Below, piece after piece: positions 38,638 through 50,292 of a stretch of 64,000 nucleotides of DNA. The translations under genes and the position numbers were made by a program. The first letter of the stretch is position 1. The number at the start of each line of letters is the position of its first letter. The notes beneath the pieces were generated by a model. The model made no database searches. It was not told where the DNA came from and saw only the letters and a program-made list of their open reading frames with translations. The stretch comes from Amphiscolops sp. MND2022 (taxonomy: Eukaryota): NCBI GenBank assembly GCA_964187785.1, contig OZ076409.1, forward strand, positions 51,586,001-51,650,000, written 5' to 3'.

Positions 38638-40643
38638 CGTTGTATCTGAACTTTTAAACGTTACATCCTAGCTTTGAAATCGTTACATCCGAACTTCGAA
38701 GATGTTATATCCGAACTTTGAAAACGTTACATCCGAACTTCGGACCATTCAGAGTGAACTGAAAAAAACTACCCACTGTAAAAGTCGGGCACTTTTCTTT
38801 GGGGTGAAAGCACCGACTAAAAACGCTTTTTCCCAACTGCAAAGATCAAAAATCGGAATTTCTTCGAAAAATAGATGGAATTTTTTCTTGGCAAAAGGTC
38901 TCATAGTGCCGAAAAAGGAGCTTTCAGCTCGCCAAACGCCTTTTTCTGAAAAAGGTCCCACAGTGGTTGCATTTCGCCTTACTGCCATCAGTATTGCGAA
39001 GGAAGTGGCGCCAGACCATTGAACTACCGAACCATTCTCGAAAGTCAAAGTCACCCATTGTATCTGAGATAATTGAAGTTGAAGCTTAAAACAAAAGGCG
39101 GTGAGATTTCCGGGATTGGAAGTCAATCCCGGGCGGGATTGGGTAGGGCATTTCGTCCGGGATCCCGGGATTTCGGGATCCCGGGACTGCATCCCTACTT
39201 TTTCACGCCCAAACATTTATAAAAGTGAAGGGGGCCAAACCAATTGACCTAATGGAAAATTTTCCGAAAAGTCGCACAGTGCCTAAAAATACCGTGTTTT
39301 TTCGACAAATTGAGAAAAGTCTCCTCAGTTCCACAGGACCAAAAATAATCATTGAAGTTACCTTCAGGACTCGGAAGTTTTCATCAAAGAAAATATCAAA
39401 AAAGCAAAACCTGTGTAGAAAGAAACTTCAAAAATTCAATTCAATTTTTTCAAATCGGTAAACCGCATTGTGCCAAAAAAACCTACGATGGCCCTCTATG
39501 CTCGCAAAACGCTCTTTTTCGATGAGAATCAAGGGCATTTCGATTGAAAAGACGTCGGGAAAAAAGTCGCATAGTGCAGAAAAACCAAAGGTGGGGACCC
39601 TTTCATTTGTTTAGTTTTGATTTAATGAGAGACTCGAACCCACGTACTCCTGCTTCTCGGACATCAGAAAATCCGAGTAAATCTCTATGCCAAGTGGTAG
39701 TCAGAAGATACAAGTTACCATGAACTTATAAAATGGTATTAATCTGTCAGCTCGTCGGTCTTTAAAAAGTCACTACTATGGTATGCTCTTTCTATGAAAT
39801 CGCCGACCAAAAAACTAGAATTTTCGTTCATTACGGCTTTTTCTAACTATTTTCCTTTCTTGAGAAAATGAGGAACCTTACTTCTGGCGATTTCAAAACT
39901 TTTGTCAGCCGTAAAACATTTGAATAGAAACTACTTTTTTATTGACCAAATCAGGAATTTTCACTCCTGTTCAAAGTTTTAGTTTTTAAACTGAAATCGA
40001 GCGATTATTGGCCAAGCTAAATACCGTTCAGCGAGAGCTGAGGCATCGTTTAAAAGATGATCATCAGTTTTTAGTCGGCACTTTTCAGTTAAGGAGAAAA
40101 GCCCGACAATTACAGTTATTAGTTTCTTCATCCTTTTGTCAGTCTCACTCTGAATGGTCCACTTTTTGTGTACTGTGCACTTTTACCATACATAATCAAG
40201 TACTTAGTACCTGATTTTCAACGCATCCAAAGCCTCTAACATGAAATACAACACCATTACAAAACAGAAGGGTCCCCTTCCTCTTTTTTTTTCGGCACTA
40301 TGTGACTTCTGCTTTTTAGGCTTTGTAACTTTTTTGGGACATTTTTTATGGTCTTCGAAGGATCCCCTTCATTTGCTTTTGATATTTTGCAACAGAATGG
40401 ATGGTAAACGAATCCCGAAGGGCCTGTCAGAATCACGCAATATGTCTTGATTAACAACATCATGTGTATTCTCTTCCCTACTCATAGGGGCATTTCGTAG
40501 CGAATCCGTCCGGTTCGGTGGAGGTAATTGGTCGGAAAGAGCTTTGTTTATCGTAGTTAGGTCTCTGATTTGATTTATAATTTCGATGAACTCCAAGTCG
40601 TATCTGACCCTTTCATGATCTCTCTCAAGATCCAACAAGTCCC

Positions 40644-41240
40644 TTTTTAGTCGGCGGTTTTCGTAGAAAACGCAGATTATAGCAGTGACTTTTTTCTTTT
40701 TTTTAGTCGGCGCTTTTCGTAGAAAACGCAGACTATAGCAGTGACTTTTTTCTTTTTTTAAGACCAACGAAGTGACAGATTTCATAAGCCTTATAAGCTG
40801 CGTCCACTAACTGCCACTCTTGTAACTTCTACTGCCACTTAGCATAGAGGTTAATTAGGATAGTTTTCGATGTCTGCCAAGCAGAAAGACGTGGGTTCGT
40901 GTTCCGCCCATGACCAAAAATTTTTTGTGCAGGTTTTTTTTCTGCTTTCTGAGACTTTTTTCGCTAATGTTTTAAGTGTCTCCAAAGGGTCCCTCTTCAT
41001 TTTTTTCCTATTTTGCAAAAGAATGGATGTTCAAAGACGCCCAAATGCCCCCCTTTTACATTTTTCGGCACTATGCGACTTACCGGAGACCCAAAAAAGT
41101 TTCGATAAAAAATTCAAAAAAAGATGGGATTTCCTTTCAATTTTTTCCTCACGCGGGTACTGTAGAAGATAATACTTGAAGTCCTTTTGCTATTTTTGAG
41201 CCTTAGATATGGCGCCGACTCAGGCCGTTCCTGACTTGTT
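40644..41240 (+). mobile_element. HINE type A with duplicated 5' end and internal tRNA-like segment
   Basis: Two TTTTTAGTCGGCG 5' ends (40644, ~40700); 3' GCGCCGACT..CTTGTT. Confidence 0.8.
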
Positions 41241-41622
41241 ATTTTCCGACTCCACATTTTATAAATGGGGGAAGAAAATCATGATCTCTGACGCGTTTTT
41301 TTCCAAAATTTGCCAAATCGCCACAATCTCCACCGTTTGATTACTTGACTATTTTATATAGCTACCAGTAACTAAAATAGTCAAGTAACTAAAATAGCAT
41401 ACAGCGGGAATAATATCTAAAGTTAAAAAAGATATAAGATCTAAAAGGTATAGGACCTGAAGTTTCAGGGCGGGAATAAGATCTAAAAGGAATAAGATCT
41501 AAAATCACTAATCTTTAGATCTTATTCTTTAGATCCTATTTCCCCCTCCTAAAACAGCTATGGCTCAGTTGGTGATGGCGAACAAGGCGGAAAACATCCC
41601 GGTGCTTAGCGGGCGTCTTGTT
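41241..41622 (+). mobile_element. HINE type C element
   Basis: Homologous to 4208-4569. Confidence 0.75.
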
Positions 41623-42061
41623 TGAATTTCGATAGTCACACCACGTGAATTACACGCAGGAACACTAATATCGCTTTCTTTGTCACTGTAGTAATCCATG
41701 CTTTCTGGTTTATGTTGATTGCTTTTCGCACTTTGAGATCTTGTTACATCCATATATACGGAGTAGAAGGTTTCAGATTGAATTTAAGAGTGAATTGGGT
41801 AATGATTGTTTTCAAAAGATTTTCTGGTTAGAAGTAGTGGAGAAACCAGTTTCAATTTAATAAAGTGGTTATCAACTGCACGTTACAATATAGCAGAGGT
41901 TAATGGTTGCGCGTTTTCACCTGCTGTTGAGTTTACCCATGTTGGACACGTGACCACATCACGTGACTGTCTCAACCAATAGCGTGGCAGTGTTGAGTTG
42001 GTGTTAATTAGCACCTACGTAAGTAATTGGGCAATTAGCGTCTAACTTTGATATTACAATG

Positions 42062-42562
42062 AACAAGACGGGAACGTCTCAAGTCGGCGCTATATCTAAG
42101 TCTCAAAAAGCGCAAAACATTTTTTTGGAAAAAACTTGAAATTTTCGAAAAAAATTTTTCTTTCGGAAAATGTCGCGTAGTGCCGAAAAATGTAAAAGGG
42201 GGGACCCTTTTTGATTTATAAACACACATTCTGTTGCAAAATAACAAAAAACTCCAAGGGGGGACCCTTTGGGGACATTAAAAAAATTTCGAAAAAAAGT
42301 CGCACAGTGCCGAAAAAAATTCAAAGGGGGGACCCTGTAGTTCCGTCCGGTTTTGTATCTTACGTTAAAAATTGAGTACACGAAAGGGGGGACCCTTTGC
42401 AGTAACTCAGATATGATTCCGCTTGCCGGTGCAGTACTTTTAGTAGTTCTGTAAAAAGTGTCCACTACGCATACATTCTGTGGTCTGGCGAAAAAAAAAG
42501 AAAAAAAAACTTGCCACTGTAATAGTCGGGCTCATTTTCTTCTAAAATGCGCCGCCTAAAAA
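42062..42562 (-). mobile_element. HINE type A element
   Basis: Both termini present; body similar to the 17.1-18.8 kb units. Confidence 0.8.
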
Positions 42563-45500
42563 TGATGATGGCGCGTTGCCGTCGTTACATGAATCGCGAA
42601 CAAATGTTTATGGCTGTCTTGAAATAAATAATTACGTTAACCTACTACTCCATTGTATGTTATGGTTGAAAGTGATAATAGTTTTAATCCACGCAAGACT
42701 GTAGTAAATGTATGAGCAATGACTACATTGAATGAGTACGATACTTGTTAAACTACTGAGAAAAAAACTAATCCACGCAAAATTATAGGAAATGTATGAA
42801 CAAAGACTACATTGAATGGATGTGATACTTGCTAAACCAATGAGGAAATGTTTAAATGATAATGTTTGAGTTTATGTTACATGACGCGATGTGGTTGACA
42901 GCACCTCCTTCTTCATGTATTTTGTTGCAGTTATTTTGTGTTTTGGTTTTTTCCTCTTGCCTCGTGATGTTGTGCGGTTTACAACAACATCGTTGAATTT
43001 CATCATGCGTCCAGCATGACAGGGCTCCCCTTTTACACTTTTCGGCACTATGAGACTGTTCAAAGTTCTCATTTTTTTGTCTGATATTTGGTTTTCTCAA
43101 TATAATTCTGCTGAGAAAATTTTGAAATCCGAATTTTGCACGTAATATCCTTAGTAAATAGTGTTTGACTAAGGAGGAGACAGAGGTTCGAAAACATGTG
43201 CTTCCGTTTGTCCCAGCACGCTATATCCGAACTTTGGATGTTGTCTCCGAAGTAATGTGCGTTTTATTGAGGAGGAGCCGTAGGAACGAAAAAAGCGCTC
43301 GCATTTGTCTCAGCACGCTATATCAGACCTTCTGAAGCGTTTTCCGAGCACAAAAGGCATTCTTTGGGTGTTTCGAAACTTTTTTGAGTTTTTCATTAAA
43401 AACGTCTTGAGCATTTTCTAAACACTTTGCGCTTTTTGAGCCTTAGGTATAGCCCGTCTTGTTATACTCCAAAGCACCGGAATTTTCTCAATTTCACTCC
43501 AAAAGCTTCAGTCAGTAACAACTAAAGTTTCCCCATTCGGGTTGAGTTTTTCGTCACTCAAAAATGTTTTCCATGTCTCAAAAATGCGGTTGTTCATCGG
43601 TGCTGTGAAATTGTTTTTGAGCATATTTACTTTTCTCAGACTTTGCGCGTTTTGAGGTAAAAGCTGGGCTCCGACTGGACCATTCAATATCAAATTGAAC
43701 CCTTATAATACCGAATGCTTGACGTTTTTTCCTAGGTCTTGACAGGGAAGAGATAGTTGAAATACTCATTACGGAGTTGCAATTTTGGAACTTTATTTCA
43801 TGAACTTGTTTCCAGATCTAAAGAGATATTTTTTGATTGAAAGTTCCGTTATGTTTCCCTTTTTGTTAAAGATCTATAGAGGTTTCTTGACTGAAATTCC
43901 CCCGTTACTTCCCGATAATCGATGTTTGAAAATGTTCGATTTTCTCTAAGTGCCACTGCGCTTCTTCCTATTTTTTATTGGAGTATCAAAGTGTACACTC
44001 CCGGATTTGGATGCTTTTAGTGGAGCTATTATTACTTTCCTCTAAGAAAAATCGAAAATCTCAAATGGAAAAGTTCATTCGTTGACGTTTTTTAAGTGGA
44101 GCTATTCGTAAGAGAAAAAAAAACGACTATAGCAGTGGCTTTTTTTAAGGTCAGCAAACTGACAGAGTTTTATGATATGTAACTTGTAACTTGGCTCTCA
44201 GAAGCAGGAGTACGTGGGTTCGAGTCTTGCGCTGAAGCAAAATTTTGTATGCTTGCCTAAGTAGAAGGAAGAGCAGTTATAACAAGTAGAAGGGTAACAA
44301 TTTTTTTTCAGCACTATGCGACTGTTTTCTGAAGCCTTTTCAAGCGAAGTGCCTTTGATTTTTAGCAAAAACAGCGTTTTTCGGCACCATGCCACTTATC
44401 AAAGAATTTTAAAAACTCTTATGGAAAATAATTCGAATTTTTTTACACAATTTTTTGTTTTTCAAAGGTTTTCTATAAAAACTGTTTTCCAAGTCTCAAG
44501 GGTTATTTCTTTGATTATTTTGTGGTCCTACGAACTGCTGAGCTTGTTTTCTATTGTTGTGAAAAAATAGTTTTTTTAAGGCACTGTGAGAGAATTTTTT
44601 TCCACCTGCAGAATTTGAAGTTAGGTTTTTCAATAATTTCAGACAGAGAGATGACTTGAACGATGAAAATTGACAGATGAAAATTCTGTAAGTATAGATG
44701 GGATTATGTATGGCTTCCACGGGGTTATAAACTTTTGTACATCTTTCGTTCAAAACAAGGAGATTTCGAGTAGGTAAAGTTATTCCGATACAAGCATAAA
44801 TAAAAAAAGCATATATTTGGATAAGGAGTCTAACCGACGTTCTGATTTGTTCGTCAGTTGTCCTACGACTATTTTCTGACATGCTGTGTGAAACATTTAA
44901 CAAAAGAGACAATGGCTTTGCTATGCTTCTCGTATATTCTGCTGTTTTTTTTTAGAAAATATCAGACACCTTTAAGCTTATTGATTGACAAGAAGTGGCA
45001 TTCTAACCAAAGAGTATCTCTGGACACTAGTTCATGCAACTATACATAGAGAGTTCCAAAATAGCAAGTCGAAAAATGTTTTCTTTGACCTCGATTGGCA
45101 AGGGTTAATATAATTCGGTAACAAGGTTGGTACTTCTCAAATAGCGCATTGCTATTGTATTTTCGACGTTATAACAGAAATAAGATTGCTGAAGTTGAAA
45201 AGATGCCAAGTTCCACACTGAAGAATCTAATCGCACACTCTTCTTCCTGGCAAAGCGTAAAAGCCCACGATATAGCTTCAAACCTTCAATTTTAGAGCTT
45301 TTTTATTGTAAAGTTCGGTAATTTGAAAAAAAAATGGAAAGTTCAACGCTGATCTCGACTTCGATCGCACTTTTCCTGACTAAACTTTGTCATACAGATA
45401 TACGGTCACCTTTCATTTCTCCATACGTTATGACAGAAAGCGGACGGTATTCTTATAGTTCAATTTGAAAAGATACAGAAGGTTGGATGCTAACTCCCAG

Positions 45501-47177
45501 TCTGCTAATTGGTAAAAAATGATGTACAATGCCTAAAAAAACTAAAATGGTATTTTTTAAAACCGAAAACAAATGAACAGCTGAAGAAAGGACCCTTTTG
45601 TGAAACGATTTTTCATGAAAGTTGTACAGGACTGGTTTTACCACGAATTGCACCTTCAGCCTTGAAAACGCATATTCCTCAATGAAAGCATCAAAAAAGA
45701 TGACGACACTATAATGGAATATTTTTTTCAAATGAAGTCGCACAGTGCCAAAAAAAACAAGGAAGAACTCTTTGATCTTCACAAACATTAAACAGCTTCG
45801 GTCCAGTATGGGATTCTAACCTATGCACTCTTGTTTGCTAGCTACAGTCGCGCCTGACACACGTGGTAATCACTAGTCCAAATAAATGTAGAAAGTACTC
45901 ACCAAGTTGGCACTACTTCCAGGCAGAAAATGATGGAAAACACGTTTCTGTTTCAATCCTTGATTCATTCTCTCCACTGAGAAACATGAATAAGTTTGAA
46001 GTTTTTTCTGATTCTGATAGAACTCAACGGGGTAACAACAGTAGTGTGGTTTTCTGTGACGTGTGCCTCGAATTTTGAAGAGTACCGATTATGAAGAATG
46101 TCGATTGCATCTGGCTGGGTCTTTGTTTTCCTTGTTGTTACACGTGCGAAAATAAAGCAAGCGGTTATAGCGTTTTCTGACACTGGGATAACAACGTCTG
46201 CTTTCGTCTCCTCTAATCTCTAAAACAGGAAGTTTTTTGTATTAAGAATTTCGAGCCTACAGATATTTCAACATAGTGCTTTCATACTCCTTTTGAGTTA
46301 TCAAACAAGTGTATTCAATAGAAAATATTGTCAAAGCTTAAGATTTTGTCTCGAAGGACTGATATTGAATGCGAAACTTGCAAAAAAACCGTTACGTTCG
46401 TAAAAAGGACATCCCCCAAGGATCCTGTGTTGAGGTTGTGATTACAAAACAATTTTTGAAAAAAGTTCGAAAGTTCGGTATTCAGGTTTGTACAGAAGTG
46501 TCTTAGTTGTCCTATTGGAAGGGAAAATCTCTAAAAAAACCACTTCATATTTTCGAGCTGGATAGTTTCAACTCGAAAAAAGCAATTTTTGCGTGCTGCT
46601 AACGGAGAATAAAAAGAAACAAAACTAACTGTGAAAACACTAAATTATGTAATGTATAATTTTGTTTGAATTTGATCGACTGGATTTGGTAACATCTGTA
46701 CTTTTACGGTGGTACCTGTATGGTAACTTCTGCTCCACTATTCCTTTTCAGTAATAGAGCATTGAATACGTTCGCTCACGTCTGAGTTTCATTTCATTTG
46801 GTCATGCTGCATTACGTCAAATGACATCATGTTATTCAGACGTTATGTCTACGACTAATACATGAAGAATACTTTCGCTTGTATGGCCACATTGCTTGAC
46901 GTCATGATACGTCATTTTCGTGACCCAACCACAAAGGTGATTCAATTTCATTGGCTAACGACTCGACAAAAACTAATATAAAAGAAGATGACCAAAATTT
47001 CGAATAAGAGCTCTACTCTTGGCGGAAACACAATTACCCTGGTTGGAACTGCTTGAACTTTTTACAAGTTTTTGTAGGCTACCAAGCTAATTTTTCTTGA
47101 TTTTATAAAATTCTCAAAGGGAACGTCCATGCATGAAAACTTCACTGATGCAATTTAAATTTATCAAGCTGCCTTTA

Positions 47178-47272
47178 GTCACATTTATAAGTTTCGAAGT
47201 CACATTATAAGTTTCGAAGTCACATTATAAGTCACATTATAAGTTTCGAAGTCACATTATAAGTTTCGAAGT
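47178..47272. repeat. 20-bp minisatellite GTCACATTATAAGTTTCGAA (4 copies plus a partial)
   Basis: Direct tandem units with no spacers. Confidence 0.9.
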
Positions 47273-47622
47273 AGCGTGATATTCAGCGTGCTATTCGTCT
47301 AATGGTGTTCACATAAGGTAGTTGCTTGAGAAACTTACGCGTTAAAACAAAGTGATCGCGGTGGTGAAGAAGTGGAATTGTTTTCAGTTTTAACTTAAAT
47401 AGTGAAAGCTGCATAGTAATCCTACAAAAGGTTTCCATGCATGGTCCCTGAAGTTTCCATGTTTTATAAAAATTAGCCGGCATTTTTTGAAGGTGCCTGC
47501 AAAACTTCGCGTCAACTTCGACTAGGGTAACAATTCCGTTATCTCCCATTCCTCAATGTTCATTCCCGGGTTCCTGCCATCATCGCAGTAACAGTTAGTC
47601 AATTATTTCCTTGGTTCTAACT

Positions 47623-47973
47623 TTAATTTAAGCATAAATCTTGAACTGTTTCAAGTCCTAACATTTTCGTCCTTTTTTCACATAGATTGAATTGGTCTCG
47701 CTCCAAAGCGGACCCAAGACCGTAGGCTGACAAAACTGACTGAATATAACTGAACTGCAGTGTCAGCTGCGTCATAGGAATGTCATCTAACTTCATAACT
47801 GTGTGAGTGCTAAATTCGATCGGTTTCTCAATTTGAGATTCAAGTAGCCGGAAAGCTCTCTTTACACTTAGTACAACAAACTGTTGTTCTTTAATCTGAG
47901 TCGGGAATCGCTCAATATCCCACTCTTTAACAATCGGTGGACTAAGAACTTGGTTGTAAAACTTTTTATGCAT
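47623..47973 (-). CDS. Unknown 116-aa ORF antisense within the putative LTR
   Basis: ATG to TAA open frame with globular-like composition; no family recognised. Confidence 0.35.
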   Translation of the reverse strand: MHKKFYNQVLSPPIVKEWDIERFPTQIKEQQFVVLSVKRAFRLLESQIEKPIEFSTHTVMKLDDIPMTQLTLQFSYIQSVLSAYGLGSALERDQFNLCEKRTKMLGLETVQDLCLN

Positions 47974-48250
47974 ATTAGTGTAAGCTATCGTTTACTTTAG
48001 AAAGAGGCGTCACCTCGTTATCCTGTTTTGTACATTGTGCTTTTTCACTGATCTTCATTTCATTTATTATATTCAATAAAGAGAGTTTCAATATAAACCG
48101 CTCAATATAAACAATATTCGTAACTCACTCCCGAGATTAATTTGAGACTTCAGACGAGAAATCAAAAAGAAATTATTCGAAGAACTAGTACGTAGATAAT
48201 TACTGAGATTTGTAACTCATTCGTAAAACCCTCCGCGACAATTCACAAAC

Positions 48251-48267
48251 TGGTGGGATCAGTGAGG
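48251..48267 (+). promoter_or_regulatory. Primer-binding site candidate (tRNA-Leu-like)
   Basis: TGGTGGGATCAGTGAGG, 3 nt after the CA end of the putative LTR. Confidence 0.5.
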
Positions 48268-48514
48268 CTAGAAAAAGATTAACTTGAACGACAAATGAAC
48301 GATAACTCAAATAGGAGAATGCTTCAGAACGGCGTCTCTTTTCACGATCTGGCTTCACACGATTCTCAGTGAACGACCCGGACCATCACGTCAAATCATC
48401 CTTCGTGACAATTGAACTTAACTCGATGTTTAAGCGCCCCTGATGTCGGTACTCTGGTTAACAATCATTTACAGTCTGCAGGAGATGCCCGGTCTGTAAG
48501 GGCTATCCGTCACG

Positions 48515-48657
48515 AATAAAATAGTGAATTCACGCTATCTGGTAAGATCACAAATCGGACTGTGATATGCACTAAAACGTTTCACGGTGAAACGTTTTAG
48601 TGCATATCACAGTCCGATTTGTGATCTTACCAGATAGCGTGAATTCACTATTTTATT
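48515..48657. repeat. Perfect 143-bp palindrome (71-bp arms, 1-nt spacer)
   Basis: Arms are exact reverse complements, centre G48586. Confidence 0.97.
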
Positions 48658-48699
48658 TTAGCATCTCTACCTTGTAAACTATGCTAGAACACTACAATA

Positions 48700-49460
48700 A
48701 AAATGGCTGTCACAAAACATTCACTCTGGAGAAAAGAAAATGCCCGAGGTAATGGAACAAAAAACATCTATGCCCATACCGACCATCAACATTGCGGATA
48801 CAGACCTGTCGATTACACACAGTGAACTATGGTGACCTAGATTTACACTTAAATCAACCTCAAAAAATCATTAACAACTCAGATTCCGTTGGAACCCACA
48901 CACTAGGCAACGGTCAACAAACAAAACTGAAAAAAAATGTTGACCTGGGGGATGAGACATGCAATACATGCGCTGACACGAAAACTACATGACGAACCTC
49001 TATCATCTCTTTCATTTGCCAGACACATCGAGATATTTCAAATTCGCTTATTGTTGTGTAAAATTTTACGAAATAACAGACCAGACTTTTTCGAACTAGA
49101 ACGAGACACGAAAATGAGAACACACCTGGGAACGACACTTGGAGATCAACCGAAAATGTGAAATCCAGTCAATAATCGCAAAACAACTCAGTTTACGAAA
49201 ATCTTACGGCAAATTTGTGAAAGTCCGACCCAAATCGCAAGTACTTAATCGAAATTTACGAAATGACACATATCAGAGAGAACACGGCCGAGGAAAAACG
49301 GCCAAACTTGAAATCAGATCAGAACCATTGCACCGATAAAAGCGGTAACAAAAAACAGACAATTACCATACGACGCACATACACACGGAAAATGGACCGC
49401 ATACAATACATTGCGAAAGCAACAACTGGGACAAGAATCGCATGTACCCGGCAAACAATA
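48700..49460 (+). pseudogene. Degenerate gag fragment of a first Gypsy element
   Basis: LTWG..HA..LTRK..RNNRPDFFELER..EINRKCE gag-like helical segments after the PBS; many frameshifts. Confidence 0.45.
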
Positions 49461-50292
49461 TAATTTGCCAAGACTGTGAGAATAAGGGACACTTTGAATA
49501 AATTGCCTGATCGGAATCAATACTTATGGTAATGCGTATACTAACCGATCGACCGCAGACATGGTACTATGGTTGTGTCACAGGCGGCCGCCTGTGATGG
49601 TAACGTTTACGCAGTCCCCCAGGGAGCGGTGGTGACGAATGCAACACCCAACAACTTACCTCTCCAATGAACATATTACGAACACCCTATGAACTGTGAA
49701 ACCAATTATTTATAACAAAGTCATGTATTATTTTGTTTTGGCGTAAACTTATATTGTAAACTAAATACAACCTTGGTTAAAGTAAACCATGCATTGTGTC
49801 AAGTTGTGTGTCCTTATGACACCACGGGACATATTTAACACGTTTGCTGAAGCAATACATTTATTGGAAGTCAAGAATTTGAAATAACCTAAAAGGTCAT
49901 GCAGCTGATAATAAGGTATCAATAGTGCAGTTAAATAGTGACGTGCTAGTTGAATTATTCGATGCTACTTATAGATAACACTTTATTGCGGTGTCCTTTG
50001 ATGTCCAAGTGACAAACCTCGGTCAGTCTAGACCGCTCCCTCCCTTCACTTTGATGATGCTATTAATAGAGATGACCACAAGTGACGTTAATGAACTGTG
50101 CTATTTTTGTATCATGAAATTCCTAAAACTGATAGTCATGCAATTGAGGATATATATATACGGTGCTGCCCCAAAAGGGGGACACAAATTTTGATGATTG
50201 AAAAGTGAATGAAACGAACATTGTTACAATTTTCCATTTGAAATTACCTTAGCTCCTTCTTCAAATTACCAGACATTGAATTTTCCCTAGGA

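Larger units (their letters stand above)
46717..48247 (+). mobile_element. Putative Gypsy 5' LTR (start uncertain)
   Basis: TGT...ACA, TATAAAAG near 46977, AATAAA at 48075, followed by a PBS-like TGGTGG. Confidence 0.5.

Noticed and set aside
39100..39197. Complete hAT MITE ending ..GCATCCCTA with CGGGAT subterminal repeats
   Set aside because: Only one terminus is recognisable; no partner TIR or TSD found.
47178..47272. CRISPR-like short repeats
   Set aside because: Units abut with no unique spacers, no cas genes, eukaryotic context; it is a minisatellite.
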